Source: an uncultured Clostridia bacterium
Lineage (GTDB): Bacteria > Bacillota > Clostridia > Lachnospirales > Lachnospiraceae
NCBI GenBank assembly: GCA_937896665.1
Contig: CALBNS010000087.1
Coordinates: forward strand, 38,375 to 102,374
Direction of reading: 5' to 3'
DNA length: 64,000 nucleotides
How positions within the stretch are numbered: the first letter of the stretch is position 1; the number at the start of each line of letters is the position of its first letter. The notes under the pieces are model-generated. The model made no database searches, was not told where the DNA came from, and saw nothing but the letters and a program-made list of their open reading frames with translations. The position numbers and the translations under genes are program-made. Positions 26,945-36,369 of the stretch are shown one piece after another.

Positions 26945-27659
26945 AGGTCGTAATGCCGTGATTGAGGCATTTCGTTCCGGAAAACCAGTAGACAAGCTGT
27001 TTGTTCTGGATGGTTGTCAGGACGGTCCGGTGAGAACAATTGTGAGAGAAGCCAAAAAACATGATACGATTATTAATTTTGTCACAAAAGAGAGACTGGA
27101 TCAGTTGTCAGAGACAAAGAAGCATCAGGGCGTGATTGCATATGCGGCAGCTTATGAGTATGCAGAGATGGAAGATATCTTCGAACTTGCCAAAAAACGA
27201 GGGGAAGACCCATTTATTATTCTTTTGGATAATATTGAAGACCCACACAATTTGGGTGCGATTATTCGAACGGCAAATCTTGCGGGTGCACATGGAGTGG
27301 TGATACCAAAGCGCCGTGCAGTAGGCCTCACAGCGACGGTTGCGAAGACTTCAGCGGGTGCCCTGAATTATACACCGGTTGTGAAAGTGACCAATCTTGC
27401 GAAGACAATGGAAGAGCTGAAAGAGAGAGGTATCTGGTTTGTCTGTGCAGATATGGGTGGAGAAACCATGTATCGTCTGAACCTGACAGGACCAATTGGG
27501 CTTGTTATTGGAAATGAAGGCGAGGGTATTGGAAGACTCGTAAAGGAAAAATGTGATTATGTTGCGTCTATTCCGATGAAAGGGGACATTGATTCGCTGA
27601 ATGCGTCTGTGGCAGCAGGCGTTCTGGCTTACGAGATTGTAAGACAACGTATGAAATAA
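26904..27659 (+). CDS. rlmB: TrmH/SpoU-family 23S rRNA 2'-O-methyltransferase (RlmB/YacO-like)
   Basis: SpoU_sub_bind N-terminus plus SpoU motifs (DNIEDPHNLGAIIRTA, LVIGNEGEGI, SLNASVAAG). ATG 26904 lies 5 nt after AGGAG; the track start is over-extended. Confidence 0.87.
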   Translation: MMNEEMNVQNLVIEGRNAVIEAFRSGKPVDKLFVLDGCQDGPVRTIVREAKKHDTIINFVTKERLDQLSETKKHQGVIAYAAAYEYAEMEDIFELAKKRGEDPFIILLDNIEDPHNLGAIIRTANLAGAHGVVIPKRRAVGLTATVAKTSAGALNYTPVVKVTNLAKTMEELKERGIWFVCADMGGETMYRLNLTGPIGLVIGNEGEGIGRLVKEKCDYVASIPMKGDIDSLNASVAAGVLAYEIVRQRMK

Positions 27660-27679
27660 GGGTTCTTTGGGAGATAATC

Positions 27680-28312
27680 ATGCATAAATATGAGACAATG
27701 AGCGATGAACAGTTGATAAACAGACTGCGGGCGGGAGAATCTGAGATTACGGATTATATTATGGATAAATATAAATATCTGGTACGTAAGAAAGCCAAAG
27801 CCATGTATTTGTTCGGCGGTGAAAATGATGATTTAATACAGGAGGGTATGATTGGACTTTTCAAAGCAGTCCGCGACTATGATGCAAAGCAGCAAACGTC
27901 GTTTTACAGTTTTGCTGAACTTTGCATTTCCAGACAGATGTATACAGCAATTAAAGCATCGCAGCGCCAGAAACATATGCCGCTCAACACGTATGTTTCC
28001 CTGTATGAACAAGGGAAGGAAGCAGAAGATGAAAAGCAGCAGCCGTTAATTGATTTACTCCAAAATGAAAAAGATAATAATCCGGAAGAGCTGTTTCTTA
28101 ATAAAGAATATTTTCACATGATTGAGATGGAGCTGAAAGAACGGCTGAGTGATTTGGAGAGCAGAGTATTATATCTGCATTTGTTAGGTATGGATTATCA
28201 GAAGATTGCAAGGCTGTTGGATAAAAGTCCGAAGTCGATCGACAATGCGCTGCAGAGAATTAAGACGAAGATGAGTACGATGATACAGCAGAAAAAACCA
28301 GAATCCACTTGA
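27680..28312 (+). CDS. sigH: RNA polymerase sigma factor SigH
   Basis: Sigma-70 region 2 (DLIQEGMIGLFKAVRDYD) and region 4 HTH. Position after cysS-mrnC-rlmB matches the Bacillus sigH locus. Confidence 0.87.
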   Translation: MHKYETMSDEQLINRLRAGESEITDYIMDKYKYLVRKKAKAMYLFGGENDDLIQEGMIGLFKAVRDYDAKQQTSFYSFAELCISRQMYTAIKASQRQKHMPLNTYVSLYEQGKEAEDEKQQPLIDLLQNEKDNNPEELFLNKEYFHMIEMELKERLSDLESRVLYLHLLGMDYQKIARLLDKSPKSIDNALQRIKTKMSTMIQQKKPEST

Positions 28313-28335
28313 CGATCCCTAAGTGAATGTGAGAA

Positions 28336-28362
28336 CTGCCAGCAGATTAAAACTGCTGGCAG
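28336..28362. terminator. Hairpin terminator between sigH and the convergent PadR module
   Basis: Perfect 10-bp stem ctgccagcag-attaaaa-ctgctggcag. Only weak U-tracts on either side. Confidence 0.5.
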
Positions 28363-28382
28363 AAATTATTTCTGATGTTCTT

Positions 28383-28754
28383 TTAATCTATAATGTTTAA
28401 TTCAATTTCTTCAAATTCGTAATATGCGACAGATTGAGAGAGTTTGTGATAATACTCTCCGCAAAGCAGGAGTAACGTCGCAATCAATATGCCACATCCC
28501 CACAGTATTCGTTTTTTAGATTGAATATGTGTGTTGACTTCATCCTGACCTATGCTTTCGTAGAAAGATAAGGCAACTTCATTGGGTGTACCGAAGTTTG
28601 TTTCTACAAGCTCATAGGTAGTTCCAGGATGCTCTGTAATATAATTTTCTATACTACGTTTTAAAGTACGCAAAAAAGCTTTTTTTGCAGGGGAAGAAAA
28701 TGAAATCTGTTTTTTGAGTTTCGATAGGTACATTTTAGTAATTGGATTAGTCAT
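28383..28754 (-). CDS. PadR-associated membrane protein (DUF1700/HAAS-like)
   Basis: Helical N-terminal part with a single C-terminal TM (ILWGCGILIATLLLLCG). The start ATG 28754 overlaps the PadR stop by 8 nt. The track start is over-extended. Confidence 0.6.
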   Translation of the reverse strand: MTNPITKMYLSKLKKQISFSSPAKKAFLRTLKRSIENYITEHPGTTYELVETNFGTPNEVALSFYESIGQDEVNTHIQSKKRILWGCGILIATLLLLCGEYYHKLSQSVAYYEFEEIELNIID

Positions 28755-29103
28755 GTTTGCGTAAACCCCCTTCTTGCGAATAGTGAATGATCTTAGTGAT
28801 ACATTCATTTACTGCATAATATTCGGTAATCAATTCTTTTAAATAGTCTCGTCCTTCATCTTCAATGTGATAGTAAATCCGCTTCAATCTCTTCCCAACT
28901 TGTTTTTCATAAGAAGAAATCAGATGTTTATCTTGTAATTTATAAAGAGTCGGATAAAGTGATCCTTCCGGAACGGTAAGATATCCTCCACCCCGTTCAA
29001 TAATCAATTGTGTCATCTGGTAGCCATATAAGTCCTGTTCAGCCAAAAGTGACAAGAGAAGCATTTCTACAGAACCTTTCTTGAAATTATTTTTGATATC
29101 CAT
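28747..29103 (-). CDS. PadR-family transcriptional regulator
   Basis: Winged-helix PadR signature (LLLSLLAEQDLYGYQMTQLI...EGSLYPTLYKLQDKHLI). ATG 29103. Confidence 0.87.
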   Translation of the reverse strand: MDIKNNFKKGSVEMLLLSLLAEQDLYGYQMTQLIIERGGGYLTVPEGSLYPTLYKLQDKHLISSYEKQVGKRLKRIYYHIEDEGRDYLKELITEYYAVNECITKIIHYSQEGGLRKHD

Positions 29104-29201
29104 AATAAGTAACCTCACGTTTTGATAATTCTATATTACAACCTAATAATTGTGCTGTAAATAACAAAAGAAAATAAATACCTAAGATAATAAAGTATAT
29201 G

Positions 29202-29230
29202 TTGACAGATTTATAAAGGGGAATTATAAT
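29202..29230 (+). promoter_or_regulatory. Perfect consensus sigmaA promoter for the orphan gene pair
   Basis: TTGACA at 29202-29207, exactly 17 nt, TATAAT at 29225-29230. Confidence 0.7.
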
Positions 29231-29275
29231 GAAGTAATAAAGCAAAGATTAGAGTATGATAAGGAGGAATGAGCC

Positions 29276-29950
29276 ATGAAAAAAGTATTATTAATTATTA
29301 TTGCAGGTTTTTTATGCATTGGCAGTAACGCAAATGCATCAACGTCAACTAGTTTTAATAGTTTAAATGCTAGTGTCACTGAAGTAAAAGAGTTGACCAG
29401 AGAAGAATATGTGGAATCATTGGCAGAAGAGAAAGGAATATCATATGAAGAAGCAGATATTTTGGAACAAATAGGAACGGAAAACTATTTTCAGAACAAA
29501 TACAGAAAATCTAAGACGGTTTCAGAAGTCGTGCCGAGGGGCCAAATAGTATATAGACAAATTAATCAGGAGTTCGAATTTGGGAAGGGTTCTTTTGAGT
29601 CAACGATTATGGTTACCCTTCATGTTAAGTATGATAGATCCTATTACCCTTCACAAGGAACCTGTCAAAAATTTGTGGAAGTACTAGACAAAGGGGCATT
29701 AGCTACGGGGACAGGAACTATAACATTTGAAAAAAGTGCTTTTTCGGCTGTGATAACTAACGAAACCACATATGGTAATGAAATATATATGATGCTTTCG
29801 GGAAATTTACAACATGTAGTACAGAAATCCATGGGGGCGGCCGCAGAAGCAGCAGGTTTTTCTATCTCAGCACAAACGACAACTACTGTATATTGCAGAA
29901 AATTTATTACTAAAAATTACACATTCTATTCTAATTGGAACTTGAATTAG
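29276..29950 (+). CDS. Hypothetical exported protein (224 aa)
   Basis: AAGGAGG RBS. Signal-peptide-like N-terminus MKKVLLIIIAGFLCIGSNANA/ST. No family recognised. Confidence 0.6.
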   Translation: MKKVLLIIIAGFLCIGSNANASTSTSFNSLNASVTEVKELTREEYVESLAEEKGISYEEADILEQIGTENYFQNKYRKSKTVSEVVPRGQIVYRQINQEFEFGKGSFESTIMVTLHVKYDRSYYPSQGTCQKFVEVLDKGALATGTGTITFEKSAFSAVITNETTYGNEIYMMLSGNLQHVVQKSMGAAAEAAGFSISAQTTTTVYCRKFITKNYTFYSNWNLN

Positions 29951-30078
29951 AGAAAGGCACAAGAAAAAAATATAATATATTAACACTTACGCTAATATTT
30001 TTTACATTTTGCGTTATGGTAAGCAACATGTAATATTCAAAATATAGTGAAGACATTTAGATGCGAGGAGTGATGTGC

Positions 30079-30558
30079 ATGAAGAAAAACATAATAATCA
30101 AGATACTGATTGTAATGTGTGTATTTGCTGTGGCAGGATTATTTTATTTAAGCAGGCAAATGCTTTCGGATCATGTAGAGTATTTTGCTGAGAATGATTT
30201 CATAACACTTGAGATACATAATATAAAAGATTTGGAAACTTTTGAAAAAGTAAAACCAAAGCACATGACAATTGTGAATAGTTTGCAGGAAATAGAAGCA
30301 AAGGGCAGTCGGCTTGTTTTAGGTCATGTTTATATGGATGATGACTTTTACAATAAAGATGTTCAATATGAACTTTTAATAGAACGAAAAAATGGAACGA
30401 CATTTTCTGTACCGATTTTAGTGAATCAGTGGGAAAGCATCAATGGAAAAGTGGAAGCAGATTTTTTTCTGACAGATTCAGAAGATGAGATGTACAAATA
30501 TCTCACATTGTTGGTGGATGGAAAAGAGACAGTCAAATTTAAATTAAAGCAGAAGTAG
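30079..30558 (+). CDS. Hypothetical membrane-anchored protein (159 aa)
   Basis: ATG 30079 lies 8 nt after GAGGAG. N-terminal TM IIIKILIVMCVFAVAGLFYL. No family recognised. Confidence 0.55.
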   Translation: MKKNIIIKILIVMCVFAVAGLFYLSRQMLSDHVEYFAENDFITLEIHNIKDLETFEKVKPKHMTIVNSLQEIEAKGSRLVLGHVYMDDDFYNKDVQYELLIERKNGTTFSVPILVNQWESINGKVEADFFLTDSEDEMYKYLTLLVDGKETVKFKLKQK

Positions 30559-30621
30559 TCTGTTTGAGGGACATGCTGTGGTTCGCGGCAGCCCCATTTC
30601 ATTATGATACATACCGTGAGA

Positions 30622-30653
30622 CTTAAAAGAGCCCTTGAAAAATCAAGGGCTCT
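30622..30653 (-). terminator. Terminator of tRNA-Thr
   Basis: agagcccttga-aaaa-tcaagggctct hairpin, followed on the minus strand by TTTTAAG. Confidence 0.7.
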
Positions 30654-30659
30654 CATTAA

Positions 30660-30732
30660 AGCTGTTGGCGGGACTTGAACCCGTGACCTCCGCCTTACCA
30701 AGGCGACGCGCTACCGACTGCGCCACAACAGC
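30660..30732 (-). tRNA. tRNA-Thr (anticodon GGT)
   Basis: Minus strand: GCTGTTG acceptor, D-arm GCGC-AGTCGGTA-GCGC, anticodon arm TCGCC-TTGGTAA-GGCGG, T-loop TTCAAGT. One A:C mismatch at the base of the T stem. No encoded CCA. Confidence 0.9.
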
Positions 30733-30757
30733 GAACTGTAAAGAACAGTACTTGTTT

Positions 30758-30786
30758 ATAATACTATATGGGAATCTGAATGTCAA
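30758..30786 (-). promoter_or_regulatory. sigmaA promoter of tRNA-Thr
   Basis: Minus strand: TTGACA (30786-30781), 17-nt spacer, TATTAT (30763-30758). Confidence 0.6.
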
Positions 30787-30828
30787 ACATTATTTTATAT
30801 ATATGTAGAGAAGATTTTTATGTGACAC

Positions 30829-30857
30829 TTGTTCTGAGGTTATATTTATGGTAAAAT
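30829..30857 (+). promoter_or_regulatory. Candidate promoter of glnS
   Basis: TTGTTC at 30829-30834, 17-nt spacer, TGg-TAAAAT extended -10 at 30849-30857. Confidence 0.45.
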
Positions 30858-30892
30858 ATATCGATAATGCAAAAGATTTGAGGAGGGCTACT

Positions 30893-32560
30893 ATGGAAAA
30901 AGAAGTAGTTTCAAAAAATTTTATAGAACAAGAGATTGAAAGGGATTTAAGAGAAGGCGTATATGATACAGTATGCACAAGATTCCCACCGGAACCGAAC
31001 GGATATCTTCACATTGGACATGCAAAGTCCATTTTACTCAACTATGGACTTGCACAGAAATATAATGGAACATTTCACATGCGATTTGACGATACGAACC
31101 CTACGAAAGAAAGGATCGAATTCGTAGAGTCAATCAAAGAAGATATTAAGTGGCTTGGTGCAGATTGGAAAGATAATTTATTCTTTGCATCTGGCTATTT
31201 TGATATCATGTATGAATGTGCAGTGAAGTTAATTAAGAAAGGTAAGGCATATGTCTGCGATTTGACACCGGAAGAAATCCGTGAGTATAGAGGTACTTTG
31301 ACAGAGCCGGGTAAGAACAGTCCGTACCGTGACCGTTCAATCGAAGAAAACCTAGAATTGTTTGAAGCGATGAAGAATGGTGAATATGAAGACGGTGAGA
31401 GAGTGCTTCGTGCAAAGATTGATATGGCATCTCCAAATATCAATATGCGTGATCCAATTATCTACCGTGTGGCGCACATGACACATCACAACACCGGTGA
31501 CAAATGGTGCATTTATCCAATGTATGATTTTGCACATCCGATTGAAGATGCAGTTGAGAAGATTACACATTCTATCTGTACATTGGAATTTGAAGATCAC
31601 AGACCATTATATGACTGGGTTGTAAAGGAGTGTGAATTTAATCCGGCACCGAGACAGATTGAGTTCGCAAAGATGTATTTGACGAACGTAGTAACCGGAA
31701 AGAGATACATCAAGAAACTGGTAGAGGACGGAATTGTAGACGGATGGGATGACCCAAGACTCGTTTCGATTGCTGCACTTAGAAGACGTGGATTTACACC
31801 AGAATCTTTGAAAATGTTTGTGGAACTTTGTGGAGTATCTAAGAGCAATAGTTCTGTAGATTATGCGATGTTAGAATACTGCATTCGCGAGGATTTAAAG
31901 ATGAAGAAACCACGTATGATGGCAGTTTTAGATCCAATTAAGTTGATTATAGATAATTATCCGGAAGGACAGGTTGAATATTTAGATGTGGCGAATAACC
32001 TTGAAAATGAAGAATTAGGATTCAGAAAAGTACCATTCTGCCGTGAATTATATATTGACAGAGAAGACTTTATGGAAGAACCGCCTAAGAAATATTTCAG
32101 ACTGTTCCCGGGAAATGAAGTGCGTCTGATGCATGCGTATTTTGTGAAATGTGAAAGCTTTGTAAAAGATGAAAACGGAAAAGTGACAGAAATTCACTGT
32201 ACTTATGATCCAGAGACAAAGTGTGGAACAGGCTTCACGGGACGTAAAGTAAAAGGAACAATCCATTGGGTACCGGCACCATATGCGACAAAAGCAGAAG
32301 TGCGTCTGTATGAAAATATTGTGGATGAAGAAAAAGGTGTTTACAATAAAGAAGATGGTTCATTGAACCTGAATCCGAATTCATTGACTGTGTTAAAAGA
32401 TTGTTATTTGGAACCAAGTTTTGATGGCGTAAAAGCCTATGATAGTTTCCAATTTGTCAGAAATGGATATTTTTGTGTAGATGCAAAAGATTCAAAACCA
32501 GATGCACTGGTATTTAATCGTATCGTATCGCTCAAGAGTTCGTTTAAGTTACCAAAATAA
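30893..32560 (+). CDS. glnS: Glutamine--tRNA ligase
   Basis: [17 protein letters not shown] (HIGH) and a GlnRS-type catalytic plus anticodon-binding beta-barrel layout. ATG 30893 follows GAGGAGG. Confidence 0.95.
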   Translation: MEKEVVSKNFIEQEIERDLREGVYDTVCTRFPPEPNGYLHIGHAKSILLNYGLAQKYNGTFHMRFDDTNPTKERIEFVESIKEDIKWLGADWKDNLFFASGYFDIMYECAVKLIKKGKAYVCDLTPEEIREYRGTLTEPGKNSPYRDRSIEENLELFEAMKNGEYEDGERVLRAKIDMASPNINMRDPIIYRVAHMTHHNTGDKWCIYPMYDFAHPIEDAVEKITHSICTLEFEDHRPLYDWVVKECEFNPAPRQIEFAKMYLTNVVTGKRYIKKLVEDGIVDGWDDPRLVSIAALRRRGFTPESLKMFVELCGVSKSNSSVDYAMLEYCIREDLKMKKPRMMAVLDPIKLIIDNYPEGQVEYLDVANNLENEELGFRKVPFCRELYIDREDFMEEPPKKYFRLFPGNEVRLMHAYFVKCESFVKDENGKVTEIHCTYDPETKCGTGFTGRKVKGTIHWVPAPYATKAEVRLYENIVDEEKGVYNKEDGSLNLNPNSLTVLKDCYLEPSFDGVKAYDSFQFVRNGYFCVDAKDSKPDALVFNRIVSLKSSFKLPK

Positions 32561-32567
32561 AATAAAA

Positions 32568-32589
32568 AAGAGTTCGCATGCGAACTCTT
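32568..32589. terminator. Hairpin terminator between glnS and the convergent small gene
   Basis: Palindrome aagagttcgc/gcgaactctt with an A-run on the 5' side (a T-run on the minus strand). A second hairpin gggacga...tcgtccc lies at 32596-32625. Confidence 0.5.
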
Positions 32590-32631
32590 ACAAATGGGAC
32601 GAGAGAGTAATCTATTCTTCGTCCCATAATT

Positions 32632-32922
32632 TTATGCTTCCTCTTTGTCTTCAGATGTAGAAGATTCTTCTGACACAGGAGCTTCTTCGGTCTGTTCACT
32701 GTCAGTTTCTTTTAAATCTTTATTGTTAATTGTAACATATTCTCGGTCTGGTACAGGTTCAAGGTCATTATCTAAATCGAAATCTTCATCTTCGAAATCG
32801 TCTTCAAATTCATCTTCAAAAATGTCCTCTTCATTACGTTTTTTCAAATATGCAATTCCTGCACCTACTGCGGCACCAACAGCAACAAGTGCTAATAATG
32901 ATTTTCCTAATTTTTTTGCCAT
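32632..32922 (-). CDS. Hypothetical small protein: N-terminal TM helix plus a strongly acidic tail
   Basis: GAAAGGAG RBS. MAKKLGKSLLALVAVGAAVGAGIAYL followed by EDEFEDDFEDEDFDLDNDLE. Confidence 0.6.
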   Translation of the reverse strand: MAKKLGKSLLALVAVGAAVGAGIAYLKKRNEEDIFEDEFEDDFEDEDFDLDNDLEPVPDREYVTINNKDLKETDSEQTEEAPVSEESSTSEDKEEA

Positions 32923-33072
32923 CGCTATTCTCCTTTCTGAATAACAGTATTATAATTAAGAATATTATAATACTATCAGACAAAAAATAAAAGGGGAAAA
33001 GAGTCGATTATTGTGTAACTTTATAAATTGTGTTAGACTAAGTTATAAATTCAGTAACAAGGGGGCGGTACA

Positions 33073-34632
33073 ATGGAGATGGAACCGGTAAAAAAGGCGA
33101 AAAAAGGTATTTTTCATATGATGTTTAGCCACATATCAGTATTGGTTGTATTGTTGGTGCTTCAGATTGTTGCTTTGATTAGGATAGCTACATATTTGGG
33201 ACATTATGCAACGTATGCTTATGCGTTTTTTGTGATTCTGTCTATTGTGACAGTAGTTTATATTATTAATACTAATATTAATCCTGCATTTAAGATGTCG
33301 TGGATTTTATTTATTTTACTTGTTCCCATTGTTGGCGTTGTTTTTTATATTTTTATGAACACACAGTTATCTACAAAATATTTGGGAAAAAGGTTTGAAA
33401 CGCTTGGTGATGCAACGAAATTTTATATGAAGCAGGAGCGAGAGGTGTTGGATGACTTGTGTCTTTCAAAACCGGCGAATGCCAAACTGGCATATTATCT
33501 GGATAGTCAGGTTTCCTTTCCGACACATCGTAATACAAAGGTAACTTATTTTCCATCTGGAGAGAGTAAATTTGAAGCCATGAAAGAGCAGCTTAGAAAG
33601 GCGGAAAAATACATCTTTTTGGAATATTTTATCGTAGAAGAAGGGGAAATGTGGAATTCAATCCTCGAGATTTTAAAAGATAAGGTAAAGCAAGGTGTAG
33701 AAGTAAGGTTTATGTACGATGGTATGTGCAGTATCATACTTTTACCACGAAATTATCCAAAAGAGATGCAGTGTGCAGGCATCCAATGTAAGATGTTCAA
33801 TCCAATCAGACCGGTTCTTTCTTCATATCAGAACAACAGAGATCATAGAAAAATATGCGTCATTGATGGTAAAGTTGCATTTAATGGAGGTATTAATCTG
33901 GCTGACGAATATATTAACCAAAAGCTGCGTTTTGGACATTGGAAGGATACCGCAGTTATGCTCGAAGGAGAGGCTGTGCAGAGTTTTACGATGATGTTTC
34001 TGCAAATGTGGAATGTAAATGTCAGACTGCAGGAGGACTTTTCCAAATATATCACACCAAAATCAGATCATTTTAGAAGGGAACTTGGTTTTGTACTTCC
34101 GTACGGAGATAGCCCATATGACCATGAAAATGTCGGAGAACAGGTTTATTTTCATATTCTGAATCATGCAAAGAAATATGTTCATATTATGACTCCATAT
34201 TTGATTATTGATAATGAAATGCTTACAAATCTCACATATGCAGCGAAATGTGGAATAGAAGTGATTATTATCATGCCGCATATTCCGGACAAATGGTATG
34301 CGTTCTGGGTGGCGCGGACATATTATGAGGAGTTAATTCACGCAGGAGTACAAATTTACGAATATACGAAAGGATTCGTGCATGCCAAAGTCTTTGTATC
34401 TGACAATGATACTGCCACGGTAGGCACAATTAATTTGGATTACCGAAGTCTGTATCATCACTTTGAATGCGGCACATTTATTTACAATAACCCGGTAGTA
34501 TGGGAGATTGAAAGCGACTTCCAGGAAACATTAAAAAAATGTGAAAAGGTTACTATGGAAAGTTTGAAATCAAGAAATATTGTAGAACGTGTTGTTGGAA
34601 GGGTGTTAAGGCTACTTGCTCCATTGATGTAA
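33073..34632 (+). CDS. cls: Cardiolipin synthase
   Basis: N-terminal TM helices and two HKD motifs (HRKICVIDGKVAFNGGINL and HAKVFVSDNDTATVGTINL). Confidence 0.93.
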   Translation: MEMEPVKKAKKGIFHMMFSHISVLVVLLVLQIVALIRIATYLGHYATYAYAFFVILSIVTVVYIINTNINPAFKMSWILFILLVPIVGVVFYIFMNTQLSTKYLGKRFETLGDATKFYMKQEREVLDDLCLSKPANAKLAYYLDSQVSFPTHRNTKVTYFPSGESKFEAMKEQLRKAEKYIFLEYFIVEEGEMWNSILEILKDKVKQGVEVRFMYDGMCSIILLPRNYPKEMQCAGIQCKMFNPIRPVLSSYQNNRDHRKICVIDGKVAFNGGINLADEYINQKLRFGHWKDTAVMLEGEAVQSFTMMFLQMWNVNVRLQEDFSKYITPKSDHFRRELGFVLPYGDSPYDHENVGEQVYFHILNHAKKYVHIMTPYLIIDNEMLTNLTYAAKCGIEVIIIMPHIPDKWYAFWVARTYYEELIHAGVQIYEYTKGFVHAKVFVSDNDTATVGTINLDYRSLYHHFECGTFIYNNPVVWEIESDFQETLKKCEKVTMESLKSRNIVERVVGRVLRLLAPLM

Positions 34633-34658
34633 TAAAATGAGGAATTGAAGGTTTAGTT

Positions 34659-34695
34659 AAAAACAGGTGTTGCCAATCTGGCAACACCTGTTTTT
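34659..34695. terminator. Bidirectional terminator (cls / asnA)
   Basis: 12-bp perfect stem acaggtgttgcc-aatct-ggcaacacctgt flanked by AAAA and TTTTT. Confidence 0.85.
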
Positions 34696-34703
34696 ATGTA
34701 ATC

Positions 34704-35714
34704 TTATAAGAGTTGTATTCCTTGTTCTGTCGCAGCAGAAACAATGTGCTGTGGCCATGTGGAAGACTGTACCTCGCCGATGTGTGCTTTTCGCAGACAA
34801 TACATGCAGATACGTGACTGACCAATTCCACCACCGATTGTGTATGGTAGTTCGTGGTTCAGAAGCGCTTTCTGAAATTCCAGTTTAGCACGCTCCGGAC
34901 AACCGGCCAATTCTAACTGATTTTTTAAAGCGGCCTCGTCAACTCGAACGCCCATAGAAGACAATTCGAGAGCAATATCAAGTACCGGATAGTACACAAT
35001 TATATCGCCATTTAAATTCCAATCATCATAGTCTGGGGCACGGCCATCGTGTCTTTGACCGGAAATTAATGTTTTGCCGATTTGAGAAACAAATACAGCT
35101 CCTTTTTCTTTTGCAATATTATATTCTCTTTCCTTTGGTGTAAGAGATGGATACATATTCTCCAATTCCTGTGATGTGATAAATGTAATCTCCTCTGGAA
35201 GAAGTTTTTCAATATAATTATACCTTTTCGAAATGTATTCCTCTGTCTCTTTTAAGGCAGCATACACTTTGCGTACGGTGTAATATAATGTTTCTGTGTT
35301 GCGCTCTTCCTTGGAAATCACTTTTTCCCAATCCCATTGATCCACATAAATCGAATGAATGTTATCAGTATCTTCATCTCTTCGAATGGCATTCATATCT
35401 GTATATAGGCCTTCACCAGAATGGAAGCCGTATCGTTTTAATGCATAACGTTTCCATTTTGCAAGAGAATGTACGATTTCAACAACACTGTCGCTTTGCT
35501 CTTTGATTCCAAAAGCGACAGGTCGTTCTGTTCCGTTCAAATTGTCGTTCAACCCGGATTCCGGTTTCACGAATAATGGTGCAGAAACACGTGTGAGATG
35601 CAGTGACTTCGCAAGTGCCCTCTCAAAGTGGTCTTTTATTTCTTTGATGGCAACCTCAGTCTCCCTAATTGTAAGTGGGGAACGATAACCATTCGGTATA
35701 ATTAAATGTTCCAT
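34704..35714 (-). CDS. asnA: Aspartate--ammonia ligase (asparagine synthetase A)
   Basis: AsnA-type class II aaRS-like core (GGGIGQSRICMYCL). ATG 35714 lies 8 nt after AAGGAG; the track start 35723 is a GTG inside the RBS. Confidence 0.93.
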   Translation of the reverse strand: MEHLIIPNGYRSPLTIRETEVAIKEIKDHFERALAKSLHLTRVSAPLFVKPESGLNDNLNGTERPVAFGIKEQSDSVVEIVHSLAKWKRYALKRYGFHSGEGLYTDMNAIRRDEDTDNIHSIYVDQWDWEKVISKEERNTETLYYTVRKVYAALKETEEYISKRYNYIEKLLPEEITFITSQELENMYPSLTPKEREYNIAKEKGAVFVSQIGKTLISGQRHDGRAPDYDDWNLNGDIIVYYPVLDIALELSSMGVRVDEAALKNQLELAGCPERAKLEFQKALLNHELPYTIGGGIGQSRICMYCLRKAHIGEVQSSTWPQHIVSAATEQGIQLL

Positions 35715-35867
35715 AGCCGTCACTCCTTTAACAAATAAGTATTAGTGTAGTAGTATTGTTTAGTATATGTCAAGAGAAAATAAAAAAATAAACAAAAAAA
35801 TCATTTTTTTCATTTATGTAAAATATACTGATATAGTCAGAGTTTGACGTGAAATGGAGGAGTGAGA

Positions 35868-36026
35868 ATGAATAAGGCTGGAAAAGAAGTTAGTCGCGAA
35901 ATTATTTCTATTGAGGAATATTTAGATAAACGGCGAAAAATAAGAGAAACGGAAAAAAAGAGGCCCTGTCTTAGTGTGGACAGAACCTGGAGTGCGATAC
36001 AAATTATTCTAAAGTGTCAGAATTAG
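35868..36026 (+). CDS. Candidate 52-aa basic small protein (not in the ORF track)
   Basis: GGAGG lies 7 nt before ATG 35868. MNKAGKEVSREIISIEEYLDKRRKIRETEKKRPCLSVDRTWSAIQIILKCQN*. The 3' end overlaps the convergent gene by 23 nt. Confidence 0.25.
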   Translation: MNKAGKEVSREIISIEEYLDKRRKIRETEKKRPCLSVDRTWSAIQIILKCQN

Positions 36027-36231
36027 AATCCTTATCGTTTCCTTTAGATATCTTATAAAATAACATGTACGCATACAAAAGAACCGGCAATAGAATTGTT
36101 GCTGCAATAGAAGCTTTGAAAAAACTCATAGATTTTGCTGAATCTGTAAATGCAAAAATGATTGTGCATAAGTAAAGTGCCACAAGTACTATTACACCAA
36201 TGATTGCAAGTATTCGTTTGATTTGTTTCAT
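36004..36231 (-). CDS. Hypothetical small membrane protein (2 TM, 75 aa)
   Basis: AGGAG RBS. Two hydrophobic helices (ILAIIGVIVLVALYLCTIIFAF and IAATILLPVLLYAYMLF). Confidence 0.6.
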   Translation of the reverse strand: MKQIKRILAIIGVIVLVALYLCTIIFAFTDSAKSMSFFKASIAATILLPVLLYAYMLFYKISKGNDKDSNSDTLE

Positions 36232-36301
36232 AAATTCATTCTCCTAACATAATAGTAAGCTTATTATAACGTCGAGATTTAGAAATTGCAAATAGAAAGT
36301 A

Positions 36302-36331
36302 TTGACCAATGTACAGATAAAATGCTATGAT
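36302..36331 (+). promoter_or_regulatory. Candidate promoter of the SEC-C gene
   Basis: TTGACC at 36302-36307, 18-nt spacer, TGc-TATGAT extended -10 at 36323-36331. Confidence 0.5.
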
Positions 36332-36369
36332 ACAAAAATGGAGTACAAAGATACAAAGGAGATAGAAAA

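Noticed and set aside
32645-32944. Ser-rich 99-aa ORF (SSSSKSSSNSSSK...), and the similar one at 61552-61893.
   Set aside because: They are reverse-complement images of GAA/GAT-rich acidic tracts in real genes (32632-32922 and the N-terminus of the L,D-transpeptidase).
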